From: Planctomycetales bacterium | Lineage (GTDB): Bacteria > 4484-113 > JAFGCY01 | Direction: 5' to 3' | Length of the DNA stretch: 33,960 nucleotides | NCBI GenBank assembly: GCA_024645305.1 | Contig: JAHEFU010000002.1 | Coordinates: 1 to 33,960 of the forward strand | In this document: positions 1 to 7,769 of the stretch, one piece after another | How positions within the stretch are numbered: the first letter of the stretch is position 1 | Layout of the letters: each line of letters opens with the position of its first letter | Notes under the pieces: generated by a model | What the model was told of the DNA's origin: nothing | Databases searched by the model: none | What the model saw: only the letters and a program-made list of their open reading frames with translations | Translations under genes and position numbers: made by a program

Positions 1-1
1 C

Positions 2-1057
2 AACCGCAGCAAGCTGCCACCGGACAGCCGGCTGGTCTGGCACAGTGACAAGCTCAGTGTGGCCCCCGGCCGGGAGCGTCAGCTGAGCCTGGACTGGATC
101 TCCAGCTCGCCGGGCAGCAGCGGACAGCAGGGTCACGACACGATCCTGCTGGAGAACCGCAGCATCCACCTCCCGCGCGAAAGCGCCACCTTCTTCTCCA
201 ACAAGCCCGAGCGCGTCAGTCGGGCCCAGCTGCTGTACTTCGCCAGTCTGCGCGGGCAGCAGGCGGCGCGACTTGTCTTCCACCACCAGAACCAGAGCGG
301 CACCGACCTTGATTTCATCTGCCGTCTGCTCAACACCGGCCAGACCGCGGCCAGTGTGCATGTGGTGCCGGGGCTGGCGGAACCGGATGTGAATACCTTT
401 TATGTGGGTTACCGCTCAGCTGAGGACTTCTGGCACAACCTCAACAGCGGCAATGGCTATGTACTGGAGATTCCCGCCGGAGGCCAGGTCTTCCTCGTCA
501 ACCAGCAGCTCAGGCATGGCAACACCGCCAGCGGCTACATGTCGCTCTCCAACCTCGGCACGGCGGATCTGCGGCTGGAAACCATGAGCGTCAACCACGG
601 CAGCCCTGTCCCGCCCTGGGCCCTCGAAAACACCGGCGAGGCCAGCTACTGCGTCTTCGGCGAGCCCTATTTCACTGCCAACATGCAGTACAACACGGGC
701 GACAACTGGCTGTACATGCGCCTCGGCAGCCAGCTGCCGGCAAGCTCAACTGACAGCACCGTGCTGCAGGGCTGCTATGGCATGACCCACAGCTACAACA
801 TCGAGCTGCGCAACTCCTACAACTATCCGGCCCTGGTATTCGTCGTGCTGCGCGCCAGTGCGGGAGAGGTCAAGGGGCAGTTCTTCATTGACGACGAATA
901 CCTCGGCACGGCCCTGGTCGCCAGTGGGGAGGAGCAGCTGCTGAAGGACATCCCCCTGCGGCCCGGAGAGACAAAGCTGTTGAAGATCCGGACCATCCCG
1001 CTCAATGGCGGATTCTACCCTGCAAGCATCATCATTCGGGAGCAGCGCTACCCTTGA
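2..1057 (+). CDS. hypothetical protein, 5' end truncated by window edge
   Basis: The frame is open from nt 2, with no stop before the GTG at 59 used in the ORF track. Third positions are GC-biased and the stop is TGA 1055-1057. No family motif recognised. Confidence 0.6.
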   Translation, partial: NRSKLPPDSRLVWHSDKLSVAPGRERQLSLDWISSSPGSSGQQGHDTILLENRSIHLPRESATFFSNKPERVSRAQLLYFASLRGQQAARLVFHHQNQSGTDLDFICRLLNTGQTAASVHVVPGLAEPDVNTFYVGYRSAEDFWHNLNSGNGYVLEIPAGGQVFLVNQQLRHGNTASGYMSLSNLGTADLRLETMSVNHGSPVPPWALENTGEASYCVFGEPYFTANMQYNTGDNWLYMRLGSQLPASSTDSTVLQGCYGMTHSYNIELRNSYNYPALVFVVLRASAGEVKGQFFIDDEYLGTALVASGEEQLLKDIPLRPGETKLLKIRTIPLNGGFYPASIIIREQRYP

Positions 1058-1323
1058 GGACCCTGCTGCGGGGCATGGCTCATGCCCGGTGGACTGTGTT
1101 CAACAGGCCGCTGAAACCTATCAACAATCAATCAACAGAGTAAAACTAGACATTTGTCTGGTATTTGACGGTCTGAAATTTGCATAAAAGCCAGATTCAG
1201 ACTCATTTTCCAACTTGAGGGCTGTTCAGGAAGGGGATACTAATATATACTTTCTCGAAGCAATCCGCCCGGATCGGAGCTTTGCGCTGCGTCGGTCCGT
1301 TACAACCTGAGGGTTGGGGCTGC

Positions 1324-1352
1324 TTGCACAGGACGGGGCGAGCTGATAATAT
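1324..1352 (+). promoter_or_regulatory. candidate sigma70-type promoter for the 1394 gene
   Basis: TTGCAC (1324-1329), 17 nt spacer, TAATAT (1347-1352). A GAGG Shine-Dalgarno lies about 6 nt before ATG 1394. Confidence 0.45.
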
Positions 1353-1393
1353 GGGTGCTTGTCCGCAGCGTAAATCTGAGATGAGGCGATGAT

Positions 1394-2725
1394 ATGCGCT
1401 TTCTAATTACAGGGTTGATGATGAGTATTCTGGCATTGGGCACGGCTTTCGCGTCCGATGGTGGAAAGGGCGAAGTCACTGGACTGCCGCTCTACGAGGG
1501 GCCGATGTACCGCAGCCTTGATTCCAAGGTTGAGGATATTGCAATCGACCCGCAGTTTCATGCGTTCCAGACTCGGGGTGTCGATGAGGTGGGCTTCAGC
1601 CCGCTGACCCTCGAGGATTTCCGCCTGCCGGTTCCCGGCCGCGCGGAGACCATGTTCAACTGGGAGCGCATGACCTATCCGGATAACTCAAAGGTCGTGT
1701 GGCACGATGACTGCCACAAGTTCACGGTCAGTGCGTTCTTCTTCACCCGCGATATGGTCCGCGACCATATCCAGACCCTGATCGACGCGTACTACGTCTG
1801 CGATCCCAATGTGGTGCAGCAGATGATTGACTTCTACGCTGAAGTCACCCCGCAAAGTGGTGAGGCCATCAGCTGGGTCTGGTTCGCGATTGATGAAGAC
1901 AACCACGACATCACCGACCTCGGTGGCAACCGCTACTTCGAGCGGTACCTGGCCAACTTCAAGGATAAGTTCTACCTTGAGTTCGGCCTGCCCAAGGCGC
2001 AGGCTCAGGTTGATGAGAATGTCCACGACTTCCTCTACAACTACCAGCGCCGCGGCAAGTTCGTCTGTGGTCCGGACCTGCACTACAAGAAGTGTGGCGA
2101 TGAGGCCTGCGACGGTTCCTGCGCCAAGTGCACCGCCAGCTGCGCAGAGAAGGAATGCAACGTCTGCCGCAAGAAGGGCACCGCCAAGGGTGATGAGGCT
2201 CTCTACTGCAAGGATTACAAGTACCACGGCTTCAGCCTGGACCTCAATGAGAATTACGTTTATTACCCGCGCAAGGCCGTGATCGAGGACATCACCTACG
2301 ACCACGTGGCCCGCGCCTACCGCTGGAAGTTCGCCTGGCGCTTCAACGACTGCGAAATCAACTTCCTGCGTGAGATGTGCCAGTACGGCGAAGTCTTTGA
2401 CATCGCACTGGTGCTCTCCGACCCGACTTGGTTCGCCCATGCCAAGGTGGATGCCCGCCTCAAGCGCAACATCCTCGCCAGCATGGATCCGACCGCCTGG
2501 GGCAATGTGTGGCCCGCCAGCAACCTGCCAATGGACATGAGCTGCTGCCCCTGCGGCCTGCCCACCTGTGATGGCAACTGCACACCCAACGGTCCGGTGG
2601 ACTGGGACTTCAGCCGTCCGGCCAAGCCGAACGGGCCTGTCACCCCGAGCAATGGCAATCCGCCGACGAAGTACGATCCTCCCCAGAAGGACAAGGAAAC
2701 CGACGTCGTCCCCGGCAAGGGATAA
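1394..2725 (+). CDS. secreted cysteine-rich hypothetical protein
   Basis: N-terminal signal peptide MRFLITGLMMSILALGTAFA/SD. Cys cluster CGPDLHYKKCGDEACDGSCAKCTASCAEKECNVC and C-terminal SCCPCGLPTCDGNC. GAGG RBS upstream and a strong terminator downstream. Confidence 0.8.
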   Translation: MRFLITGLMMSILALGTAFASDGGKGEVTGLPLYEGPMYRSLDSKVEDIAIDPQFHAFQTRGVDEVGFSPLTLEDFRLPVPGRAETMFNWERMTYPDNSKVVWHDDCHKFTVSAFFFTRDMVRDHIQTLIDAYYVCDPNVVQQMIDFYAEVTPQSGEAISWVWFAIDEDNHDITDLGGNRYFERYLANFKDKFYLEFGLPKAQAQVDENVHDFLYNYQRRGKFVCGPDLHYKKCGDEACDGSCAKCTASCAEKECNVCRKKGTAKGDEALYCKDYKYHGFSLDLNENYVYYPRKAVIEDITYDHVARAYRWKFAWRFNDCEINFLREMCQYGEVFDIALVLSDPTWFAHAKVDARLKRNILASMDPTAWGNVWPASNLPMDMSCCPCGLPTCDGNCTPNGPVDWDFSRPAKPNGPVTPSNGNPPTKYDPPQKDKETDVVPGKG

Positions 2726-2748
2726 GTCCCACCCTGAACTGAAAGCAG

Positions 2749-2778
2749 AAGAGCCCCGCCATGGCGGGGCTCTTTTTT
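2749..2778 (+). terminator. rho-independent terminator, probably bidirectional between convergent genes
   Basis: GAGCCCCGCC-AT-GGCGGGGCTC (2751-2772) followed by TTTTTT (2773-2778). An A-rich run lies 5' of the stem, so the minus-strand gene ending at 2817 could also use it. Confidence 0.85.
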
Positions 2779-2816
2779 GTTTCTGCGTGTACGCCCTAGT
2801 GCGCTGGGAATAGCGC

Positions 2817-3296
2817 CTAGCGGGTCTGGCCTCCCCAGCGTGTATCAAGCACTCCCCTGCGCCCGAACACCACCAGTCTGTATCCCGCACTGTCAGCGGT
2901 TTCCAGCCGTTCGTAATGCAGCATGCCGATGCTGTCCGGGGCAGTGAAATATTCACTGCCGGTCTCACGGATCGGCTGGCCTGAATAGGGATTACGTGGC
3001 CACTGGCCGTCAAGCAGGACGTACTGGGACACATCCGCCAGTTGCTCCGGGAAGTCCATCTCATCCGCAAAGTAATGCTGGATGGCCCGCTCGAACTGGT
3101 TGGCCTGGATCCGCATGGCCCGGTCCTTGGGGTAAGCCTGGCCGCTGATCAGCACAGCCAGGATCACGAAGCACATCAGGGCCAGTGCATACCTGATCAG
3201 CGCACTGGCATAACGCTGCTCCCGCTCCAGCTCATACAGCTGGGTATGGGAACCTCGCAGTGGATTGCTGGACCTGGGGTCCTTTTCTGTATACAT
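2817..3296 (-). CDS. membrane-anchored hypothetical protein (pseudopilin-like features, weak)
   Basis: AAGGAG RBS 7 nt upstream of the ATG at 3296. One TM helix (ALIRYALALMCFVILAVLISG) followed by a soluble domain with an NPYSGQP-type motif reminiscent of GspG-like pseudopilins. No canonical prepilin cleavage motif seen. Confidence 0.75.
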   Translation of the reverse strand: MYTEKDPRSSNPLRGSHTQLYELEREQRYASALIRYALALMCFVILAVLISGQAYPKDRAMRIQANQFERAIQHYFADEMDFPEQLADVSQYVLLDGQWPRNPYSGQPIRETGSEYFTAPDSIGMLHYERLETADSAGYRLVVFGRRGVLDTRWGGQTR

Positions 3297-3498
3297 GAAA
3301 TCACTCCTTGCAAAACATGGAATGACCTATGCCGGCCCTTGTCAATTCAGGGCCATGAGTGGGTTTCAGCCGGTTCCCATCATCATTCGCAGTATCAGTC
3401 CCTGCTAGATTAAACCTGAATAATCGGAGATTTGCATGGCTTGCCAGGAGATTGAGGAAGAATTTATCGTGACTGAAAAAGCGAATCATTCCGTTCTG

Positions 3499-3540
3499 TG
3501 GTACAATGATATTGGAATTAGTGTATATCTTACACTAATT
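3499..3540 (+). promoter_or_regulatory. nadA promoter (extended -10) with overlapping perfect palindromic operator
   Basis: TGgTACAAT at 3499-3507. AATTAGTGTA (3516-3525), 5 nt, TACACTAATT (3531-3540) form a perfect 10-bp inverted repeat about 20 nt upstream of the nadA ATG at 3562. Confidence 0.5.
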
Positions 3541-3561
3541 AACGAATGGAAAGGTGATTGG

Positions 3562-4611
3562 ATGTCCGTAGAGACCCTCAAGTGGAGCAGCCTGCCCTAT
3601 ACAGAGGAGCAGATCGCAGATGAGGCCGCGCGCCTGCACAGCCGCCTCAACGTGATCGGCTGGAGCCCCATCGAATGCGCGCTGATTGCCCCGTTGACCT
3701 TCGAGATCAACCAGCTCAAGCAGAAGCTCAATGCCGTTGTACTGGCCCATAGTTACCAGACTCCGGACATCATCTACGGCATAGCCGACCATGTCGGTGA
3801 CAGCCTCGGGCTGTCCCAGGAAGCCGCCTCCACCAGTGCCGATGTCGTGGTGTTCTGCGGTGTGAAGTTCATGGCTGAAACCGCCAAGATCCTCTCCCCG
3901 CAGAAGACGGTGCTGCTGCCTGACGACCGCGCCGGCTGCTCACTGGCTGCCAGCATCACCGCTGAGGATGTGCGCGCACTCAAGCGCCGCTACCCCGGAG
4001 TGCTGGTGGTCTGCTACGTGAACACCTATGCCGATGTCAAGGCCGAGTCCGATGCCTGCTGCACCTCGGCCAATGCCCTGGCTGTGGTGGACGACATGCC
4101 CGGCGACAGGGTGATCTTCCTGCCGGATGCCCTGATGGCCGCCAACCTGGCCCCGCTGACGAAAAAGGAGATCATCTCCTGGCACGGCACCTGCGTGGTC
4201 CACGAGAACTTCGGCAGCGCCGAGCTGGAGGCCTTCCGCGGCCAGTACCCGGATGCGAAGGTGCTGGCCCATACCGAATGCGTTCCCGAAGTGGTGGCCC
4301 AGGCTGACATGGCCGGCAGCACCAGCGGGATGGAACGCTACATCGCCGAGCATGACGAGGCAAAGACCTTCATGCTGGTCACGGAATGCGGCATGACGGA
4401 CAAGCTCAAGGTGCAGTTCCCCGACCGGGACTTCATCGGCACCTGCGTGCTCTGCCCCTTCATGAAGAAGATCGAGCTGCGCAATGTGCTTAGCGCCATG
4501 AAGGATCCGGATGTCAGCCAGGTGATCGAGCTGCCGGAAGATGTGATCCGCCGCGGCCGCGTGGCCCTGGACCGCATGCTCTCCGTGGGTCGCGCCGAGC
4601 GCGTGAAGTAG
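3562..4611 (+). CDS. nadA: quinolinate synthase NadA
   Basis: Motifs VLAHSYQTPDI, GDSLGLS, VVFCGVKFMAETAKILSPQKTVLLPD..AGCSLA and C-terminal CVLCPFMKKI. Start moved to ATG 3562 (GGAAAGGTGA RBS) because the ORF-track extension from 3436 covers the AT-rich promoter and operator region. Confidence 0.93.
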   Translation: MSVETLKWSSLPYTEEQIADEAARLHSRLNVIGWSPIECALIAPLTFEINQLKQKLNAVVLAHSYQTPDIIYGIADHVGDSLGLSQEAASTSADVVVFCGVKFMAETAKILSPQKTVLLPDDRAGCSLAASITAEDVRALKRRYPGVLVVCYVNTYADVKAESDACCTSANALAVVDDMPGDRVIFLPDALMAANLAPLTKKEIISWHGTCVVHENFGSAELEAFRGQYPDAKVLAHTECVPEVVAQADMAGSTSGMERYIAEHDEAKTFMLVTECGMTDKLKVQFPDRDFIGTCVLCPFMKKIELRNVLSAMKDPDVSQVIELPEDVIRRGRVALDRMLSVGRAERVK

Positions 4612-4632
4612 GGCTGTGCTACTTCAATCTGC

Positions 4633-4662
4633 CCGCAGGCTGCCCCGTCGGGGCGGACTTTA
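4633..4662 (+). terminator. weak candidate nadA terminator
   Basis: GCCCC-GTC-GGGGC (4642-4654) nested in CCGC/GCGG (4633-4636 with 4653-4656), followed only by ACTTTAA. The U-tract is poor. Confidence 0.3.
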
Positions 4663-4685
4663 ACATCCAATAACATCAGGATTGC

Positions 4686-4714
4686 TTGACTGCGTTGCCA
4701 GGCTGCGGATAATA
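4686..4714 (+). promoter_or_regulatory. near-consensus sigma70-type promoter facing the ORF-free structured region
   Basis: TTGACT (4686-4691), 17 nt, ATAATA (4709-4714); alternatively 16 nt then GATAAT. No protein-coding ORF follows it. Confidence 0.5.
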
Positions 4715-4720
4715 GCAATT

Positions 4721-5245
4721 GCTATAGCAGAAGCATGTGTGCGACACGGATGGCAACCTTTCCCACCCGCCATCCCGGATGCAGGGACGGTGTCCCACCC
4801 AACTGGTAGTGTGGTCCGCTGAAGCGGTCCCTGGCTCAGTGGACCGGGCCTGAACAGGTAAGCCGGTCCTGCGAATACGCAGCCTGATGGACCATGTCCG
4901 CTGCTATGCGGAAACTGTCGGCAGTTCTACTGCGCGGATGGAGGCCTGACGCAAATCAGGCTATGTGCGGCCCGCAGCAAAGCGGGCCCGTGAGGCTTGC
5001 GGCGTAGCCCGTGGCGAAGGCGGGTTACAGCCTCGGCTGTGCCATGAAACCGGGCGAACTGAGGCCAAACATGAGACGGCCCGCAATCCCGAAGGATGCA
5101 CTTGGAGGTTCGGGGATTAGCTGTTCAACAGGGGGAACACGAGACAGACGAAGCGATTCAGCTTTCGCTGTTAACGGTTGCGTGTGCGCAATTTGCCGCA
5201 AGCAGGACTTTTACCTGGATTACGGTTTACGCAGCTGCTTGCTTA
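4721..5245. ncRNA. candidate large structured ncRNA, class and strand unresolved
   Basis: No ORF of 60 aa or more in any frame across 4719-5010. There are many perfect 5-8 bp GC-rich helices, including long-range ones (see finding). The promoter is on the plus strand, but canonical C(UUCG)G and GAAA tetraloops and rnpB-like AAAAGUCC / CCGGCUUAC strings appear only when the minus strand is read. Confidence 0.45.
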
Positions 5246-5248
5246 CAA

Positions 5249-5605
5249 CTACCAGATCGGTGCGTCGTCAGGCCAGATCCGGGCACTCTTAGCGCCACCG
5301 GCCAGGTCAGCCAGGACTTCGCGCTTCGAACGGTAGTCGTTAATGTTCTCGCCGTTGAAGAATCCGTTGCAGATGCTGCAGTTGCCCATGCTTACATCCA
5401 GCAGGGTCAACTCTGAATCGCAGTGCGGACAGGCCTTGCCGGACAGCACACGGCTCTGCACCTTGCGCGGATCACGATCGGACATACGGGATCCGGCCTT
5501 TTCACTGGCCGGACGAAGCCCGATAGCGCAAAGAGAACACTTTTCGCCCTGCGCTCCGACGGGGAGAACTTTCTTGCAGCTGGAACACTGCCTAGGGTTG
5601 TGCAT
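5249..5605 (-). CDS. small double zinc-ribbon protein (hypothetical)
   Basis: Two CxxC-x12/13-CxxC modules (CSSC..CSLC and CPHC..CSIC) with GC-biased third positions. Start taken at ATG 5605; the ORF track starts at TTG 5617. No clear SD, so the start is uncertain. Confidence 0.55.
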   Translation of the reverse strand: MHNPRQCSSCKKVLPVGAQGEKCSLCAIGLRPASEKAGSRMSDRDPRKVQSRVLSGKACPHCDSELTLLDVSMGNCSICNGFFNGENINDYRSKREVLADLAGGAKSARIWPDDAPIW

Positions 5606-5800
5606 ATCGATTACCAACAGTCCAAAAAATCAAAGCAACATACGTAAAGTATGTCTAAGACCTAAACAGTCTAACAGAAGCTGGATATGAAATCCGGATT
5701 AATATTCGATTAACAGAAAATATAATCACCAAACCATACATACGTTAAGTGGTATTGTCTGGCTATAACAATTCCGGGCCTGTTTTGAGGGTGGCTGGCC

Positions 5801-6412
5801 TTAGTCCTTATCAGACGGTGCAGGGTGGATAGGCTCGTTCTCAATGATCAGGTCAATCAGGCCGTATTCCTTGGCTTCCTGCGGACTCATGAAATTATCC
5901 CGGTCAGTGTCGATTTCCACCTTACTGACATCCTGTCCGCTGTGCTTGGCGAGAATCTCATTGAGCTTGCGCTTGGTGTCCTGCATCTGCCTGGCATGGA
6001 TCTCGATATCGGAGGCCTGGCCCTGGAATCCGCCCCAGGGCTGGTGGATCATCACCTTGCTGTTGGGCAGGCTGTAGCGCTTGCCCTTTGTCCCGCCGGC
6101 CAGCAGGATCGCGCCCATGGAAGCCGCCAGGCCCACGCAGATCGTGGAGACATTGGGCTTGATGAGCTGCATCGTGTCATAGATCGCCAGGCCGTCAATC
6201 ACTGAGCCGCCCGGGCTGTTGATGTAGATGTCGATGTCCTTGGTGCTGTCTTCCTTCTCCAGGAACAGCAGCTGCGCAATCACGGCATTGGCGAGCTGGT
6301 CGCCGATCGGTGCTCCGATGAAGATGATGCGGTCCTTCAGCAGGCGGCTGTAGATGTCGTAGGCGCGCTCGCCGAAGTTGGACTGCTCAATTACTACCGG
6401 TACGTATGCCAT
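5801..6412 (-). CDS. clpP: ATP-dependent Clp protease proteolytic subunit ClpP
   Basis: Full-length ClpP signature: [25 protein letters not shown], catalytic Ser in GLAASMG, His in MIHQP, Asp in [17 protein letters not shown] before the ATG at 6412. Confidence 0.95.
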   Translation of the reverse strand: MAYVPVVIEQSNFGERAYDIYSRLLKDRIIFIGAPIGDQLANAVIAQLLFLEKEDSTKDIDIYINSPGGSVIDGLAIYDTMQLIKPNVSTICVGLAASMGAILLAGGTKGKRYSLPNSKVMIHQPWGGFQGQASDIEIHARQMQDTKRKLNEILAKHSGQDVSKVEIDTDRDNFMSPQEAKEYGLIDLIIENEPIHPAPSDKD

Positions 6413-6591
6413 GTTCTAGATCCTCCGCGCCGGTATGCTACCACGCGCGCACTACCATTATCCCAGTTGTGTCAGGCAGGACAGGCTGGCTGCGCAGTCG
6501 CCCCGCTGACCAGTCTATTATGCTTGAAAATCAGCAGCCCGGACTCCGGCGTGGCCAAAATTGTCCAATCTTCAAGCGATAGAATTGCTGT

Positions 6592-7503
6592 GTGGATATC
6601 AAGCGCTTCCGGACCCTGCAACTGGGTGAGCCCCGCCGCCTGACCGGCGGCCTGACTGACCATGAACATCCCAGTGTCTCGCCGGATGGTTCAATGCTGG
6701 CCTGCTACAGCGGGGACTACGGGCATATCTCCATCGTGCTGCTGACTAGTGACGGGCGCTTCATCCGCCGCATCAGCCGCGGCGACGGCAACAACACCCA
6801 GCCCGCCTGGCATCCCGGCGCTCGCCATATCGCCTGGCGCCAGCAGGACAGCCCGAGCTCTCCCTGGCGCATTGTGCAGAGTGACATCCTGCAGGAGCTG
6901 GAGCACACCGTGCTGCTGGAGCATGCGCAGTACAGCTACAAGCATCCCTGCTTCAACGCCGATGCCTCACAGCTGGCCTGGTTCAGCGATGAAGGGACGC
7001 CCGAGACCTACCAGCTGTGGATCATGGACCTGCCCAGTGGCGAGCGCCGCAGGCTGACCGAGGGACCACAGGGCCGCAACAACTGCCATCCGGTGTTCAG
7101 CCCGGATGACAAACGGCTGGTGTTCCATACATATGAGGGAATCGGCGGGGCGGAGAAGCCGGTTGTCAACCTGTATGAGATCACACTGGCCAGTGGGGAG
7201 ATCCGCCAGCTGACCGCTGATGTGCACCAGGACAAGCACCCCTTCTACGTCAGCGACACAGTGATCAGCTTCCACCACCGTGACAATGAGACGCGCATCC
7301 GCCACATCGAGCTGATGCACCTGCCCACGGGGGAACGCCTGAAGCTGACCGACGGCAGGCACAATGACAAGCATCCCTTTCCCTTCCGCGACAGTGCTGG
7401 AAAGCTGCACCTGGCCTGGAGCTCCAAGAAGCTGGACACTGAGCTGGAGGACGAGGGCAAGACCTACGACATCTTCGTGGCCCGGCTCTCCGCCGAAGAC
7501 TGA
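6592..7503 (+). CDS. TolB-like / PD40 (WD40-like) beta-propeller repeat protein
   Basis: Repeated PD40-type motifs: HPSVSPDGSMLACYS, QPAWHPGARHIAW, HPCFNADASQLAWFS, HPVFSPDDKRLVFHT, DKHPFYVSD, DKHPFPF..LAWSS. GTG start. Confidence 0.75.
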   Translation: MDIKRFRTLQLGEPRRLTGGLTDHEHPSVSPDGSMLACYSGDYGHISIVLLTSDGRFIRRISRGDGNNTQPAWHPGARHIAWRQQDSPSSPWRIVQSDILQELEHTVLLEHAQYSYKHPCFNADASQLAWFSDEGTPETYQLWIMDLPSGERRRLTEGPQGRNNCHPVFSPDDKRLVFHTYEGIGGAEKPVVNLYEITLASGEIRQLTADVHQDKHPFYVSDTVISFHHRDNETRIRHIELMHLPTGERLKLTDGRHNDKHPFPFRDSAGKLHLAWSSKKLDTELEDEGKTYDIFVARLSAED

Positions 7504-7769
7504 ATCCAGCCGGAAACAACACAGCACCGGCTCAAGTGGGGTATCAGAAACTGTATGAAGAACTTCCTGAGCCATATGTGACCATCCTGCTGGCTGCTCC
7601 TCGGTCTGGGGATCTACTGGCTGGTAGTGAAAGTCATGGGCCGCTGAACCCGGCGGCCATAACACCTTGCGCCATTCTGCGGGAAACACTGCCTGAACAC
7701 TGAAGGGGTGTCGCAGCCTGCTTTTAACTACCTTATAATCTCTGTGAATCAACTAACGGTAGGCTCTGT

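Noticed and set aside
1071-1087. GGGCATG-GCT-CATGCCC hairpin after the first ORF as an intrinsic terminator.
   Set aside because: It has a 7-bp stem but only a 3-nt loop and no downstream U-tract, so it is not reported as a terminator.
3436-3561. N-terminal 42-codon extension of the nadA ORF (MACQEIEEEF...).
   Set aside because: It covers the AT-rich promoter and palindrome region and has no similarity to NadA N-termini. ATG 3562 has a proper RBS and yields a normal-length NadA.
4858-5212. Calling the structured locus rnpB (RNase P RNA) outright on the minus strand, based on AAAAGUCC and CCGGCUUAC strings.
   Set aside because: The order and spacing of the two strings fit. However, the P4 pairing would be interrupted, no P1-P3 region fits without overlapping the Zn-ribbon ORF, about 130 nt of further hairpins follow the CR-V-like box, and I cannot find the conserved specificity-domain motifs. 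It is kept as a hypothesis to test rather than an annotation.
4739-5245. Group II intron (GTGCG at 4739-4743) or tmRNA (ACCA at 5250-5253, GGTTCGGGGATT at 5107-5118).
   Set aside because: There is no domain V-like AGC...GNRA...hairpin, no RT/maturase ORF, no tRNA-like acceptor/T-arm pairing and no plausible tag-peptide reading frame ending in a stop.
5011-5416. Plus-strand ORFs 5011-5292 (93 aa) and 5096-5416 (106 aa).
   Set aside because: They overlap the hairpin-dense region and the better-supported minus-strand Zn-ribbon ORF. They have non-canonical starts, no RBS, and Arg/Cys/Ser-rich compositions without motifs.
6589-6597. DnaA-box-like TGTGGATAT near the clpP divergent region, and TTATCCCAA near 20933, as a hint of a replication origin (gyrA nearby).
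   Set aside because: These are single imperfect 9-mers with no cluster of boxes, no AT-rich unwinding element and no dnaA, dnaN or gyrB context.
6967-7752. 261-aa minus-strand ORF that includes the 7504-7752 intergenic stretch.
   Set aside because: Most of it is antisense to the PD40-repeat gene. The intergenic part has no RBS or motif and is more simply the promoter and leader region of the 7770 lipoprotein gene (TATAAT at about 7733).
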